From Ylistrum balloti (Eukaryota), in contig NW_026782164.1 in assembly GCF_031769215.1 (NCBI RefSeq), positions 496,001 through 560,000 of the forward strand: a stretch of DNA of 64,000 bases. The letters are read 5' to 3'. Position 1 is the first letter of the stretch. The number at the start of each line of letters is the position of its first letter. The notes under the pieces were generated by a model. It was not told the origin of the DNA, ran no database searches, and saw only the letters and a program-made list of their open reading frames with translations. Both the position numbers and the translations under genes were made by a program. Positions 24,146 to 37,200 of this stretch are shown here, one piece after another.

Positions 24146-26726
24146 GTTAATTGGCAGCTAGACCACATAAATCTTTCTCTTTACCTCCAGATTCTCTTTA
24201 TAGTCTGCAAGTTCAGAAATACAAATATGTCAATATAATTCTAGACAACAAAGAAAATCAAAACCGCGTTGTATTATATTTTTAATGTTTATTGTTTTCA
24301 TCCATGCTAAAGCTGGCTATTTGCGTTTACATAAGCTAATGTTATTAAAGATTCTTCATTTTTTAAAATTACATTCAAGTTGGTTCTGTGGTTTGGTTAT
24401 TTGTTTTGTTTTGTGGACTCTGGATTACACTGATGCTATATTATTCACAAGAAGACATTCATTCACTGTCTTTGCTTTATCGTGCTAATTTGACTAAACT
24501 GACTAATCATGATTGAGTTCTGTCCTATTTTAGAAATGAATGAGGACATTAATCGGATTGACAAAAATAAATATATGGATTCATTGATATTATATACGAC
24601 TAGCCTTAATCTCACTTCGACTGCTGTTTTCAAAATAGTGTAAAGAGTAAAGTATGAGGATTTTCTAGTGAATATGAATTCGTAAAGTGGGGGAGTGGGG
24701 TGGGGGAGATGGGCTGACGAGGAGTGAGTGGGTGGATGGGTTCTGTAGGAGTTTAATATAATTAAAAACAGTCTTTATACGTTTTATAACCTTTTGATAA
24801 AATCAACTTGATGTAAGAAATCCAAAACACTACTTTAATCACAAACAAAAATACATAGTTTTGTTGATACTCGATAACACTCAATATTACATCTTTTGTG
24901 ATACCGGTATTTGTGTACACCTAATAGTTAAAATAAAACTGTTCATAATCTGATTCTTTCAAATTATGTATACACATTTAACACCTTTAAACTATTTCTA
25001 TGGTTAAGGACAATGGTACATTAACGCATTGTAGTTTATGCTGCGAAGCGATAAGATAGTCTTGCATGGTACTGTGTAATCTCAATACTTATAAGTGTGA
25101 CAGAGGAATAAAACATACAGTTTTTTTAAAAAGCAGACAATAAATATTTAAATAATGTTGTAAATAAATGTTGTTAAGGATATCCACTCTTTTTATCCCT
25201 AGTATCAAAAGAAATAGTCATTTCTGGACGAGACAGCTGTATGATATATATTCATACATTATCTCGGTTTCTTTAAATATCTAAATTCACTTTTTTCTTT
25301 TAGTTTGAAATAAGAAATATTTGCTGTCAAGCTATCAAGTGATATCTTTTAAAATCTTTTGGGCAGACCGAATATATATAAATATATAGATGATATTTTT
25401 ACATGTGTACGTTGTTACAACATTTCATAGAATAGGTTAGGTTTTGGATTAATTACATATGGTTGGTTTCTCTTAGCTAGATCTAAACAATCAATATCGT
25501 GTTCGATCAACATCAAATTTTCAACAGCCGATTTATATTGCTTCAGTTACTTGCGATTTGTAACGTGAATGTATAAAAAAAACATCAACGTTTATGCTGT
25601 ATTTGGTGCAAAAATTTTGACATCAATAATTTTATCGACTATTTTCACCGGCTGATTGCACAGAAAGCATGCTCTAAATAGGATTATGGTCTACCTGTGT
25701 GACATGAAATAGAAAGTATAGTCAACTTGAATTATTTTTTTTCGATTCGTGTTTAATTCTGACTTATTTCAATAACAAATATATCACATTGCCAGCAAGA
25801 CTGCGAAGGACAATACGTAATACTGTCGTAACATGTGCTCTTTAGCTCGAACCGTTTTCTAATATTAACACAATAGTTCAATAATATGGCTTTCTTTTTC
25901 CTTGGAAAGAATCGTATACCGCTGACACCTGTTTGTTTGCATTTTTTTTTTTTTTTTTAAGATTAAGTTTTTATAGTGTTGATGTTAACTCGCGTGATAT
26001 CAACATTGATTCTCTTTTAAAAGAACAATATAACCGGTTTACCTGGAAGATCTCTCTCAAATTTTCTGCGTATGACTCCCGTGCATTTACTGATACATAT
26101 GTAACAATATACCAGCTATAAAGTTAACAAACCAGTGGTATACGCATTGTCGTGTACCCAATACAAAAAGATTACTAATACGACGTTCGCTACATACCGA
26201 CATAGTTATTACTATTCCAAGTATGTTTATGTACGGCGCCTAATGCAAAAAATAATTAAATATTTTGTCATTTTCATCCTATGAAACGATTAGTATGCAT
26301 AGCTAATCTTCATATTCTTTACTTTTATACTTCAATGTTACCTTAGTTATTTAGCAGTATAATGCGTATTCCACATGTGTCGATATCATGTTCAAATAGT
26401 AATAAGATATGGCGTGAAATAATGTATAATGATATAGGTCGTGGGTTCGTACTTTATTCATATTGTATCGTTTATCTTTCTGTAGATATTACATAACAAC
26501 TGCCCATTTCTTTTTGATCGTTTGAATATCTATCGATTATAGTTTAATTATTGAAACATTATATAAAATAATGATAGCCGATTTAGTGTCAAGTTCATTT
26601 ATATCAAACAGAATACAAACGAAATGTTGATGTTGTTTTAAGATGGAACTTAATATTTTCATGATCAAGAAAATACCTTAAAATTTCAGTTTTACATCTA
26701 CAATAGGTGATGAGTGCGGTACTTAC

Positions 26727-26880
26727 CGGAGCGATGATGACGGGCTTATAACTGAAAGACATCGGTAGATATACAGTGTATTATAACCAGGGGCACTGTT
26801 GATAGGAGGCCAGACTAGGGGACTGCTGGGCCTCAGAAAGCATTCTTCCTAAACGGACAAATTCAGAAATGGAAATTGGT
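26727..26880 (-). other. Probable non-coding first exon of the TRIM-like gene
   Basis: GC-richer island ending in a strong donor CCG|GTAAGT (26726-26721) that could splice to the acceptor at 24204; the 5' boundary is approximate. Confidence 0.5.
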
Positions 26881-27399
26881 ATTAATATACATCATTTATG
26901 TTATATTCTGAATTTTAATCAGCGGGAAAAAATGAAATAAAAACGGAATGACTGAAACAGACTGCACGCAGGTACCCCGTGTCTTAATTTAATCAAATCA
27001 TAAGACAAAGCGGTATTTAGCCAATACTATGGCCAAATGTACGTCACACTATGCGGGTATGTAGGTTTGGGGGACTAGTTTGTTTCTAATTCAGATCACG
27101 GCGGTAGATATCTGTGTCGTATCTATATACACCACATTTTTATATCGTACCGTAGACTAGTAGCAATACCGCGCTTCACAACTTGTATATTCATTACACA
27201 AATGTTGATTTAATCAGCAACTTAATTAGTGACATGTTAAACGATAGAACATATTGTTGTATTTTATCAAAGATATTATTTTGATTAAATCACAATTGTA
27301 TACGTGTATGTTACCACACTCTGTAATACACATGTGAACAGTACTACACATCCGATTGTCTAGATATTAAGTATATCGACACAATTAAAGTATTGCTGT

Positions 27400-28060
27400 T
27401 TCGAGTGGCTGTAGGTATAACAGTACAGAAGAAAATTCTTGTTTATCATAATGTGTGTTACTGTATATATTGGGACACAAAAAGATTAAATTTTATAAGG
27501 TAACTTATGATAGCGACACATTAGGGATTAATTCTGTATTAAATTGAGGTTTCTGTAATGATATCTATACTCACATGTAAGATATCTATTGTATTTCAAT
27601 GGAGTGTTGAAATAATAACAGTGGTGAGGGAAGTAATTCTTGTTCTTAAAACCATGGTTACTCTAATATATGCACGTGTTGGAGGGAGTCATTGTATTTA
27701 AATTTGAGTTACTGTCGAGGGACTTACTGTTCTATAAAAAAGGGACTCGTTAGCGCTGCATTAGCGCTATATAATTGACTTCTTGTACTTATCATGCTAA
27801 TACCCGTAGTAATGATAACGTGAACTGGTTATATATGTACAATGTAAAATTGGGGTTAGTGTCATAAAGCCGACATTTCGCTTTAGAAACGTGTTGTATT
27901 TACAGTAGCGCACTAGCGATACATAATGGATCTATTGTACATGTAAAGGGAGGAAACCATAACAATACCGACATTCGTTTGAGGGATGTGTTGTACTTAG
28001 AATGGAGGTAACTCGAACAATAGCGATATATATGAGAAAATATATTTATTATGGGAATAA
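27400..28060. repeat. Highly degenerate tandem repeat region
   Basis: Recurring blocks such as CCGACATT..GTGTTGTA.TT (27870, 27968), TAGCG.TA.ATA (27762, 27914, 28021) and AATTCT(T)GT (27434, 27530, 27635); the period is irregular. Confidence 0.35.
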
Positions 28061-28329
28061 TTTTGAGTCAGTGAAGAGCTGAATCGATTTATAATGGATA
28101 ATAAGTGCACGTTAGCATCATGTAAACATAATGGTAAACAGATTATAGATGATGGTAAAAGTGTACATAGTCGACTCGGTTACGCTTTGCTTAACACTTT
28201 GTCATATATATGCGAGAGCCCAACTTTGCACTTGTTAAGTACTAATCCGCTGCGGTGAATCCTTAACAATTCATTGATCTGGGATGGAAATACCTTCGCT
28301 TTCATATGGTGAATGTTCTGTCGTTTTTG

Positions 28330-28590
28330 AATCCTATGTCTTTCTGATTGTTCAGTATCGCATACTCTGAATCTCCAGTCCGTTTCTCCGATAAACGATG
28401 TGTCGCAGTGATTGCATCCGATTTTGTATACGCGTTCTGTGACGTTCGCTTTGGTTAACTAGGACATTTCGGATAGTCTCGTGAGGTTTCATAGATGTTG
28501 CAATACCATGACTACGGTAAATCCTTTGAATTGTTACTGACAAACCTTTAAAATAAGAGATAACTACCTGCCCTTTCACTGGGTGGTTCG
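28330..28590 (-). mobile_element. Penelope-type retroelement remnant: linker plus GIY-YIG endonuclease
   Basis: VVISYFKGLSVTIQRIYRSHGIATSMKPHETIRNVLV then, after a frameshift, VYKIGCNHCDTSFIGETDWRF, matching the PLE pattern VxIPYxxGxSExIxR..KP..TL / VYxIxCxxCxxxYIGET. Confidence 0.8.
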
Positions 28591-28859
28591 TGTCTTAATC
28601 GTTTTTTTTTTCATCAATGTCATTGTTAACTTTATAGATGCCCATTCAGGGTATATTCATGTTTTCACTTAGCTATGCATGTTCTCGCTTCTTGTCTTAT
28701 TTATCTATCCAAATAGTTTCATATCTATTGGAGGTTGAGGTATTGGTCCATAAAACATCAAAAATACCAACATAGCAATATAATCATAATTCAAACTCAT
28801 TCCATAAATCTAGGGAACATATGAATAAAAGAATGATTTACACGGAGACTCCTGAAAAA

Positions 28860-29470
28860 GTACAAGTACAAGACCAAGTGTTCGGAAGAGTAAGGTTCTT
28901 CTGCTTCATCGACGACACCGACTATGTAAAGCTTGTCCAATCCAGGTAAGTATTGTCACGTTCTCAAATGAGAATAAAGTATACAACAACGGACCCAACA
29001 GGCAAACTAACGAGCATCAAATACGTCGAACTTCATGTCACACAAAAAATATGATATTTCTTAATGAGATCACTTTGGCAACCATAAAACATAACCATAA
29101 TTTATATCAACCTGCATCGATGGAACTCTTGAGTTTTTCAATCAGTTGACGAAAATCGTGATAATGAGAACAGACCCTTGAATATCGAATCAACAGTAGC
29201 ATGTGAAGACCATAGGTTGGAGATGCCGGAGTATTGCTATCCAGAAATGGAAAATTCACCATAGGGGAATTGAAATCATCGTTTTTATCATAAAGTTTGA
29301 TGCAAAGCTGTCCCTGTCGGTTTCGTTGTAGGAAAACTCGAGATAACCAGCTGATGTTTCTTTGATTTCCAGCTCTGGTTGATATATATAGACTGTTTGT
29401 ACTAACTTGCTAGTCTTCTCTCCGTGACCTTGAAATTTGAGGTATAAATAGATGGTATTCGAGACATCTC
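28860..29470 (-). mobile_element. Decayed Penelope-like RT C-terminus and 3' tail
   Basis: Frameshifted IYQPELEIKETS...DDFNSPMVNFPFLDSNTPASPTYG..LLIRYSRVCSHYHDF; nucleotide similarity to 16754-16960. Tail motif GTCGTCGATGAAGCAGAAGAACCTTACTCTTCCGAAC (minus strand, about 28880-28917). Confidence 0.7.
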
Positions 29471-30059
29471 ACTTAATTTTCAAATCATCTACAGGCAGGC
29501 ATTGTTGTTGTAACTAATAGTTAAATAGAAATGGCGATTGTTTTGACCACCGCTCTCATGGTTTGTACCAAATCTGGGGCAGTTTTGGGGCAGAATTAGG
29601 AACGGGCATCAACAGATTCAGAAAATAGTATTATCGATATCTGGCTTATATCATGTATGGTATACTAATTTCATTCTTACACCGATGAGGTAGGTAGGGT
29701 TCTTAACTTGATACCCTTGACAATGAATAATTTGTACCTTATTTTCGCTCTGTGTTGATGACGTGTTGACCATCATCATTTAGTGGAATACGTCATTCCG
29801 CACATCATTCAAAGTGTATGAAAAGAAAATTTCTATTGATATTTAAATAGATATATACTCAACAAAAAACGAAACGCATCAGTAAATTATGCAATCAATA
29901 GCCTATGATATTTTGGGAAATGTGTACAAAATTTTATATCAATGTGAAGAAACCAGTCTACTCTTTACAATGCTGTATAAGAAAAGTCTGTTTGAAGTCA
30001 CTCATGTCATCAGTAGTTACTCAAAGTGGGTATACCCGTGAAAAAAAATGACAATTCAG

Positions 30060-30880
30060 TAGCTGGTGTGGGCACTTTTTCCACGAATCCCTGCAAGGAT
30101 TCTTCTATGCGTTGAATTCATGAGAACATTAATTCACCTTAAGGGAATGTTGTTCCATTCTTGTGTTAATGCTGCGATCAAATGGGCGCAGTTAGTCGGG
30201 GGTTTTGACGTTTACTAATACGCATGTCCAGCTCATCCCGCAGATGCCCAATGGGAGACATTTCGGGGCTCTAAGGGTTAATTCCAGAGGCAGAACGCTG
30301 TTTGCCGTGAGAAAATCACGACAGACTGGCAACATGCAGTCGAGCATTATCTTGCTGGAAAATTAGGTTATGACGTCAGGTAAGTGGAAGAACATGTGGT
30401 TGGAAGATCTTGTCTGTATCGAACGGCATTGAAGTTTGGATGCAGGACTACCAATGAATATCACCCGCCTCCACAGACGCATCCAAAACATAACATGGCC
30501 ACGTCTGCGCATCCAGTCAAGACGTAATTGTCTCCGTGGTGTTAGAGATGACCAGGCATATGGTCGGCGTGCAATGATTCTCTCGGCATGCAAGCGGTTT
30601 CTGGCAGTTTGAACACTAATGGTTCTGCCATGAGTAGCTAACGTCTGCGGCGCAATCTCTACAGGAGTCTTGAATCTGTTGCGCAAGTGTCACAATCGAA
30701 TCGCCCTGTCTTGTCGTGCGATCGTTAAACGAGGAGGTCCGCTCTTGAGACGACCGGAAACAAACCCAACAGCGTGGAAACGTGTATAGAGATAGTTAAT
30801 CGTGCGACAGCAATTTGGCTATGATCATCCGTCAACATCGCAATTGCTTTAACCCTCTGAATTTGCGGTTAGCATGGCAT
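30060..30880 (-). mobile_element. Tc1/mariner transposase pseudogene
   Basis: Fragments across frameshifts: RQDRAIRL*HLRNRFKT..., TISVQTARNRLHAERIIARRPY...RLDW...WRRVIF (Tc1 HTH to first catalytic region) and VCRDFLTANSVLPL (DDE region). Catalytic core partly deleted. Confidence 0.85.
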
Positions 30881-30989
30881 CTCGGTCAATGGCGAAATCA
30901 AAATGTAAACGAGGGAAATTGATGTGGCTGAACTTATAGTATCCGTTGAAATTATTCGTTTGAAAAAAAATATCCGGCTTGGCGTGATC

Positions 30990-31200
30990 TTCCTTCCTCC
31001 AAATGCATTGCGTGAAATGGAAGAAACATCCTCTGATTGTCACTGCTGGAAATATTGTCCTTATTGCGTTCTTCACTGCCATTTCGAAATCCAAAATTAT
31101 GCATTCTGGATCAAAGGCTAAGTTTCAATGTGTCATGGCATCCCAAAGGAGGGTGAAAAATCTCACATATGTCTGTTCACGTTTGTGGGGTAGAAAAGCA
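30990..31200 (-). mobile_element. Mutator-like (MULE) transposase fragment
   Basis: IILDFEMAVKNAIRTIFPAVTIRGCFFHFTQCIWRK matches the MULE-domain signature DFE.A..NA...FP....GC.FH..Q...RK. Confidence 0.85.
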
Positions 31201-32868
31201 AACACTAACGGAAACACACTGTTCTCTACATATCACAGTTAGAGTAAATAATAATTAATTGTTTTTATATTGACAAAAAATTGTTTTAGAAACCGGAATG
31301 AATGTTTTGATAAACTGCTATGATTGCATTAATAAACTATATCTAGTTGTTTATAAAAGACAAGTATTTACTTTGGTTGAAACAACACATTGATATGCCA
31401 GTATAAAATGATATAATTTATTAAACTTTTATGAATATATATTTTGAACTTTGTCTCTATCATGACATATGTGCAAGTGTATTTTAAAAGAAGTTATTTC
31501 TTCTTCCTCGTCTTTACTACTTTTTAAATTTATATTATTTCATTCTGAGTTGAACAGATAATTTGATTCGCTCATAAATACTGAAATAGACTATAGCCAA
31601 CTTTGTCCAGGTAAATACTGGTAACTACAGGTAATGTTTTTTTAAGATGTTGGCTGAGTGGGAATGAATCTCTCGCCGCGTGATTTGGAGTACAGTCAGA
31701 CAATGACATTGCCACACTTGGCTGATTTTAGGGTATATTGTCGAGAGAGAAGATCATTCTTGATGTAATTCCTAACCAAACATTCCATCATTTCCTTACA
31801 GCGAAGGCGCACTGCAGGTGGAAATTTGAGCCTTTCGTTTCTTGTTGAGTATATTTAAGCTAATTTATAACTGCTCATATAAGAGCCATGGAAAACAGAG
31901 TTATCTATATTGGACGAGAGCCAAGATGTTCTGTAAAATAAAAATATACGTATAGATTTCATTCAAGGACATCTGCATGATCAATTCACTGAACATTTAA
32001 CTCTAATTTAGTGCACACCTACATTTCTACTAAGTCGATTTAGTTGTTTGCTTTGTTTTGTTGTATTTTCTCTCTCTCTCTTTTTCTGCTATTTTTCGTT
32101 GTTTCTAGTGCCACTTTGAATCATTCCTTCCTATCACATTCTTATCCCTGACAATTTATGATACTGTTATTGCAAACACCATTTTTATCAATGTCAACCT
32201 GCGCAATTGAATGAATGCGCATGCGTTAAAACTGCTTGCTTTTGGGCCGCAAAATCGCAGACACTATATCTAGATTACCTGTACACCTATATGTATAAGG
32301 AAGAGCTCTCAAATGGAGTAAAGATAACCTTACAATTGAAATAGGAAGATAAGCATGGTACATATAGATGAAAACATCTTTCTTAATTGTTGATAAAAAT
32401 CAAAATTTTGATATGGGTGAGTATCTCTATGTCTAGCCTATATTACGGTGATATTATTTCTACTTTTCAATACGGGATAAGAATGATTACACAACATTGA
32501 TATGGATTTCATATCTTTATTGCGTAGTTGTTGTATATACAAACAAATAAATATATCAGTTTCAAATTATATTGAAAAGAGTAACTCCTTGCGTAATCCT
32601 GTAATTTATAGTACACACGTAAATGTAATTAGTGTTTTATTTAAAGCAGATTGTGACCATTTCTGTAGACAGTGTACTTCACCTTCAACAAAGAAACGAA
32701 TGTTCCTTGTAGATTCTCTCCGGAAACTTCTTAAGCCTTCCATAAATAATACCGCACAACGTTTCCACCCGAGCCAATAAATGTTAGTATGTTTTATAAT
32801 TGTTATCAAATAATTGAAGTAAGTTTACCATGCAAAACTGATATCGATATATGTACATTTGGCATTGT

Positions 32869-33381
32869 TCACATCACCATACAACTGTCGTTTGAGGCCT
32901 GCCTCTGTCGCTGTCTGTTTCGAGCTTCTATTTGGTTCTTCAGGGTTTGGATTGGTTCTAGATAATAATTCCGCAGCCAGGACATCTTAAATGTCATTAT
33001 CTTGTTAACACTCCGATTTCGTCCGGCAATCATGATGCTGCGACTGACGACAAAACGGTTTTGGACAGAGGTAATCTTGTAAAACTCATTGCTACTGTCA
33101 CCACACATAGCGTCATCCTGGAAGATACACTTGTTGATAAGAATGTCCGGGGATATCATCAAACAAATCAGAAACAGCTGGGTTGTCTCGTCATCTGACA
33201 GGGAAGCATAATTTTGATAGTTTCTCAGTCGATTTATATTGGCCCCTGCGTCGTTGCCAACTTCCAACACACCACAAATTGAGTTTAGATAGTACATGAG
33301 TTTAGCTTTTGCGTTATTAGGGATAGTGACCGAGACACCAGTCTTCTCAACCTGCATTTGAAGTCTTCCTATTGCTGCCAT
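32869..33381 (-). CDS. Uncharacterised 170-aa protein with C-terminal CaaX motif (CMVM)
   Basis: Intact ATG-to-TGA ORF with higher GC than its flanks and protein-like composition; basic helical tail RNRQRQRQ before DSCMVM*; core promoter about 130-160 nt upstream. Family not recognised. Confidence 0.85.
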   Translation of the reverse strand: MAAIGRLQMQVEKTGVSVTIPNNAKAKLMYYLNSICGVLEVGNDAGANINRLRNYQNYASLSDDETTQLFLICLMISPDILINKCIFQDDAMCGDSSNEFYKITSVQNRFVVSRSIMIAGRNRSVNKIMTFKMSWLRNYYLEPIQTLKNQIEARNRQRQRQASNDSCMVM

Positions 33382-33507
33382 TCGTGATGATCAAAAGCTT
33401 AATTTCACAAAATGAAATCGGAAAAATAGTTGCGTCTGTATGTTAAACGACGGCAGTAGAACAGTCAGTCAATGCGCCTGATCATACGTCGGCAAAGCAA
33501 GTGTTCA

Positions 33508-33646
33508 AAATGAGGAAACCTTAAAAAGGCAGGGTTATATATAAGGTATTGTGGCAATTCCAGGAAAAATATTCAGGTCGGCTGTTTATATCTGTATTTC
33601 TCAGAACACTATCGTGTTTTTTAAATCTTTAATTTTAAACCGGAAG
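33508..33646 (-). promoter_or_regulatory. Core promoter of the CaaX gene: Inr, TATA, GAS-type palindrome and ETS site
   Basis: Minus-strand TCATTT Inr (33513-33508), TATATAA within 33535-33544 (about -32), TTCCAGGAA at 33558-33566, ACCGGAAG at 33639-33646. Confidence 0.6.
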
Positions 33647-34054
33647 AAGATAAAGTAAAAAAAATTGGAACACATATACGTTTTTTTATTGTTCAAACGA
33701 TATCGAGAGTGTAACATTACTAGAAAAACAGTTAAAAACCCTCGACAACGTGTGCGCGTGCAAGCCAAGGAATATCGGCCGAAACGACTACATAATTCAC
33801 TTTTGGGTATGCAGGGCTTCTAAGGTGTTTATAAACCTACCGATCTATCAATATATAATTAACAAACAACAGACCGCTATTGAAATGTGTCTAGCACGCG
33901 GTTTCGGACGGGTAGGCCAAGTTAATCCGATAATGATGTTTACTTCGTTTAACGCCACCTGGTGACAGGGTCGGTAACCCGTGACGAAAACAATGGTCGT
34001 GAACGACACACATGTCCGCGGTTCACTGCCCACCAGGTAAACTTTAATCACTGG

Positions 34055-34266
34055 TCAGGCCGTGGTCGTAATTGTGAGGTCAATTATCGTTAATAAGTGG
34101 TCGTTGGGACTGTAGGAAGTGGTCGTAATACGGAATAGCGGGGTGGTCGTAATACTGAAGCGACCAATACAAAGATATATAGTGGAAAAAAACGGGACTG
34201 AAAAAAAGTGCCCGTAATAGCGGGGTGGTCGTAATTTTGAGGTGGTCGTTAGGTGAGGTTTCACTG
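34055..34266. mobile_element. One arm of a Tc1/pogo-type MITE with subterminal repeats
   Basis: Ends ...GGTTTCACTG|TA (CAGTGAAACC terminus plus TA on the minus strand), preceded by about 7 copies of G(T)GGTCGT(AA). Opposite terminus not found. Confidence 0.6.
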
Positions 34267-37200
34267 TAAATATTTTGTGTTTACATTTTTATATGTGTTA
34301 TCGTTTTTGCAGCCTTGTTTTATTGACAGATTGCAGTATCAGTAACGAAACAAAACATCATCTTATTTCATAAGTAGCTACAGGTATCAGCTTTACCTTA
34401 GAAAAAAAATTATATCGCATGAAAGCTATAACGTGCTCAAAAAATCCTATTTTCTCAAAAGAGTGATATCGTTGTCATTTTCTGATACCTGTCATATACT
34501 TCTCATATATTTGTAAGGTTTCAAAGCTCGTTTGTTGACACTTTCATATATTCAGTATGTACACGATCTGGTTTAATTGGTTGTAATTGTGTTGTTTTTG
34601 ACGTTGAGAATGTTTGGTGAGCTTACTCGCGCATTGAACAACTTAATGTTTAATTACGGGTATATTTCCATTCAATTTGATTGATCTGGCAAACACAGAG
34701 GAATGATAGAAAGCGACAGAAAGAAATATGTGATGTGACGTAAATATTTACTTCAATCTATGTTTAACACTATGTAAATGCATATCTATTGCAAAGCCCA
34801 CATACTAGCCTAATAGTACATTCTGATGATTCATAACATTACCAAGAAGTCATGAGAAGACATTTCGGAAAACACACGAAGCTATTATGCTACCAAGAGG
34901 GAAAATGTAGTAAATATGTATATAAACACAAATAATTTAATTAATAATGGCATTTGTCGACCTACACTCGATCAAAATCTACGGCACCAAATTAACAAGC
35001 CAAAAAACATCTACATTCACATCAAAAAGTCATTCTCAAAAGAGAATTCATTAACAGTATAACATTAATATTACCTTCTTTTCAATAAGATAATGTCTTG
35101 CAGTAGTGTTTAATTAATGTTTGAATATAGACAAGCTAGTGTTGTAAACTCAATTGGAATATCTTCACATGAATCAGTTTGGGATTCTGCTGATGGTATA
35201 GAAACAAGTAAAATAACTTAATAATTACATTTAATGGTGAAAATTGTTTATATTTTTTTATTGAACTTCGTTTGGGGATTATATTTAAGTTTGGAGTTAA
35301 AATTTGACAGGATAAATATATCTTGCTCCTTGACCGAATTTTTCTTTATCTATTTTTTGTTATGTATTTGGCAGGTCTCCAAATGGCTGATGAAAGATCT
35401 GTATATATAAATATTTGAGTCATACATGATAACTCATGCACCCAATACACCATATCAGTAAACAAACATGGCTTCACACGCGGTTAAAAAAATATTTAAA
35501 TGACAGCTACAAACTGATAATTTTGCAAGGGATTTGTGGACAGGAACATGAATGCAATCAGACGTGTATTCTGCTGGATTGACTTACCGACTGAACGAGT
35601 ATAACTAGGTCAAAGCTTTGTAAGTTGTTAACGTGCACGGTTGACTATCGATGCCATTTTTTTGTAATTCTGTGCTGAGTTATCAAACAACGTCTTCTCG
35701 TCCATAAAAAAATCGAATGCAAAAAAACAGGTATTCATGCATAGTAATTAATTGCTTCCTTTCCAAAATTGTCACGTGATGTAACCAGCTCTAAATTTGA
35801 TAGAGATTTCCCAAATAAATTGCAAGTTGACTGTGGATATCGTGATAGCATATCTGGAACTACATATACGTAACTGGGAGTGTGTAAAACACGCACGATC
35901 AATAAAAGGAATCACGTGTATATCTTGCTGTCCCTTTACGAGTATACCATGACAGGTGTTTTTATTGATAAGAGTGACAGTATTTACTTGTGCTGTTACA
36001 TTATAAGGTACGTTAACCCGTTGATATTTATCAGGTAACACAAGTGCTGGAAGGCGTCGATTGCGCTCCTATTTTGATTAATAGCGGATTGCCCCTGCTC
36101 GACGAAACCTGATATTTATGTTGTTACAAGGAACAAGTGTTAGTCATTGACAACATATGACTTCATTGACATCTGAATCGTTATCTACATTAAGTTTGTA
36201 ATGGCATACAGATAATTTATTGAACATACAACGGATTAAATACCGAATGTAATATCAGAATGATTACTTCTGCATTGCAATTTATTATTTGTCAGTGTTT
36301 TTATCAAATAAGTAACACATCTTATTATGGATTTTTTTATGTTATTCGGATGCTATTATCTGAACCACATTAAAATTGAAATATGTCTACTCAGATCTTT
36401 TCCTCCGCGTTAAATCTTGATCACGCCATCAGCCATTATTGCAATATTTTCGCATTAATTTTTTTTAACGGAAATTCAAAATTAGAAGTGGAATCTTGGT
36501 TAAGCTGATTGTGTTGAATTTGAAACGTTCATCAAAAATGTAAACACTCTGTGCAAACATGTTTTCTGTCTGTACCTTCTCACTGGTAATAATTCAATGT
36601 GACATTTTAAATTTCACACCAGTTGCGTGAAATCTAAAAGGCATGCACACACGTTCCTTAAAACAATACATGTTACGTTTTTATTGTTTCAAAAAATGGC
36701 ACCTATCCACCATTTCTGTTGTTTCTTGATTCTCTTGTATGTCTTCAGAAAAATCTTTAATAAGGTGTGTATGTAAATATTCCAACTTAGATTTTATGGG
36801 TTCGTTTCAGGCGAAAGTTATCGCATCTAAAAGGAAAAGAGAAGGATTCCTATAAGTCTATGGTCATGACGGTTTTATATACTTTAGTCATTAATGTTGA
36901 ATTAATACGAATGCAAACTTAATCTGCATAAAATATCTTTTTAAAGGATCGTATGCATGCTAATGAGAGGAACATTTACTACCAATTTCTGTTGCCAAAT
37001 AAGAAATGCAAGGGGCCTGAAGAATTAAATTATAGGTGAATAGAAATACATTTCACCTCGATGATAAAATTCGTTAATAACAAAACATATTTCAGCTACA
37101 AAACCATTAAATCTTCCCATCTTACGTGATCATCCTTAATTGTAATGCTGGGACAATACCAGTATTAGATGTAAATGACTTGAAAATACCTAAACCTAAT

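Noticed and set aside
26866-26875. ISRE-like GAAATGGAAA near the TRIM first exon
   Set aside because: The same 10-mer occurs inside the PLE remnants (16831, 29244), so it is not discriminating in this AT-rich DNA.
32869-33381. Functional link between the CaaX protein and nearby RABGGTB
   Set aside because: RabGGTase acts on REP-bound Rab proteins (CC/CXC termini), while CMVM is an FTase-type motif. Proximity is probably coincidental.
35772-36800. Possible decayed coding sequence on the minus strand (89-aa ORF and neighbouring open stretches)
   Set aside because: No recognisable motif, frequent stops and no consistent exon chain. A tBLASTx search would be needed.
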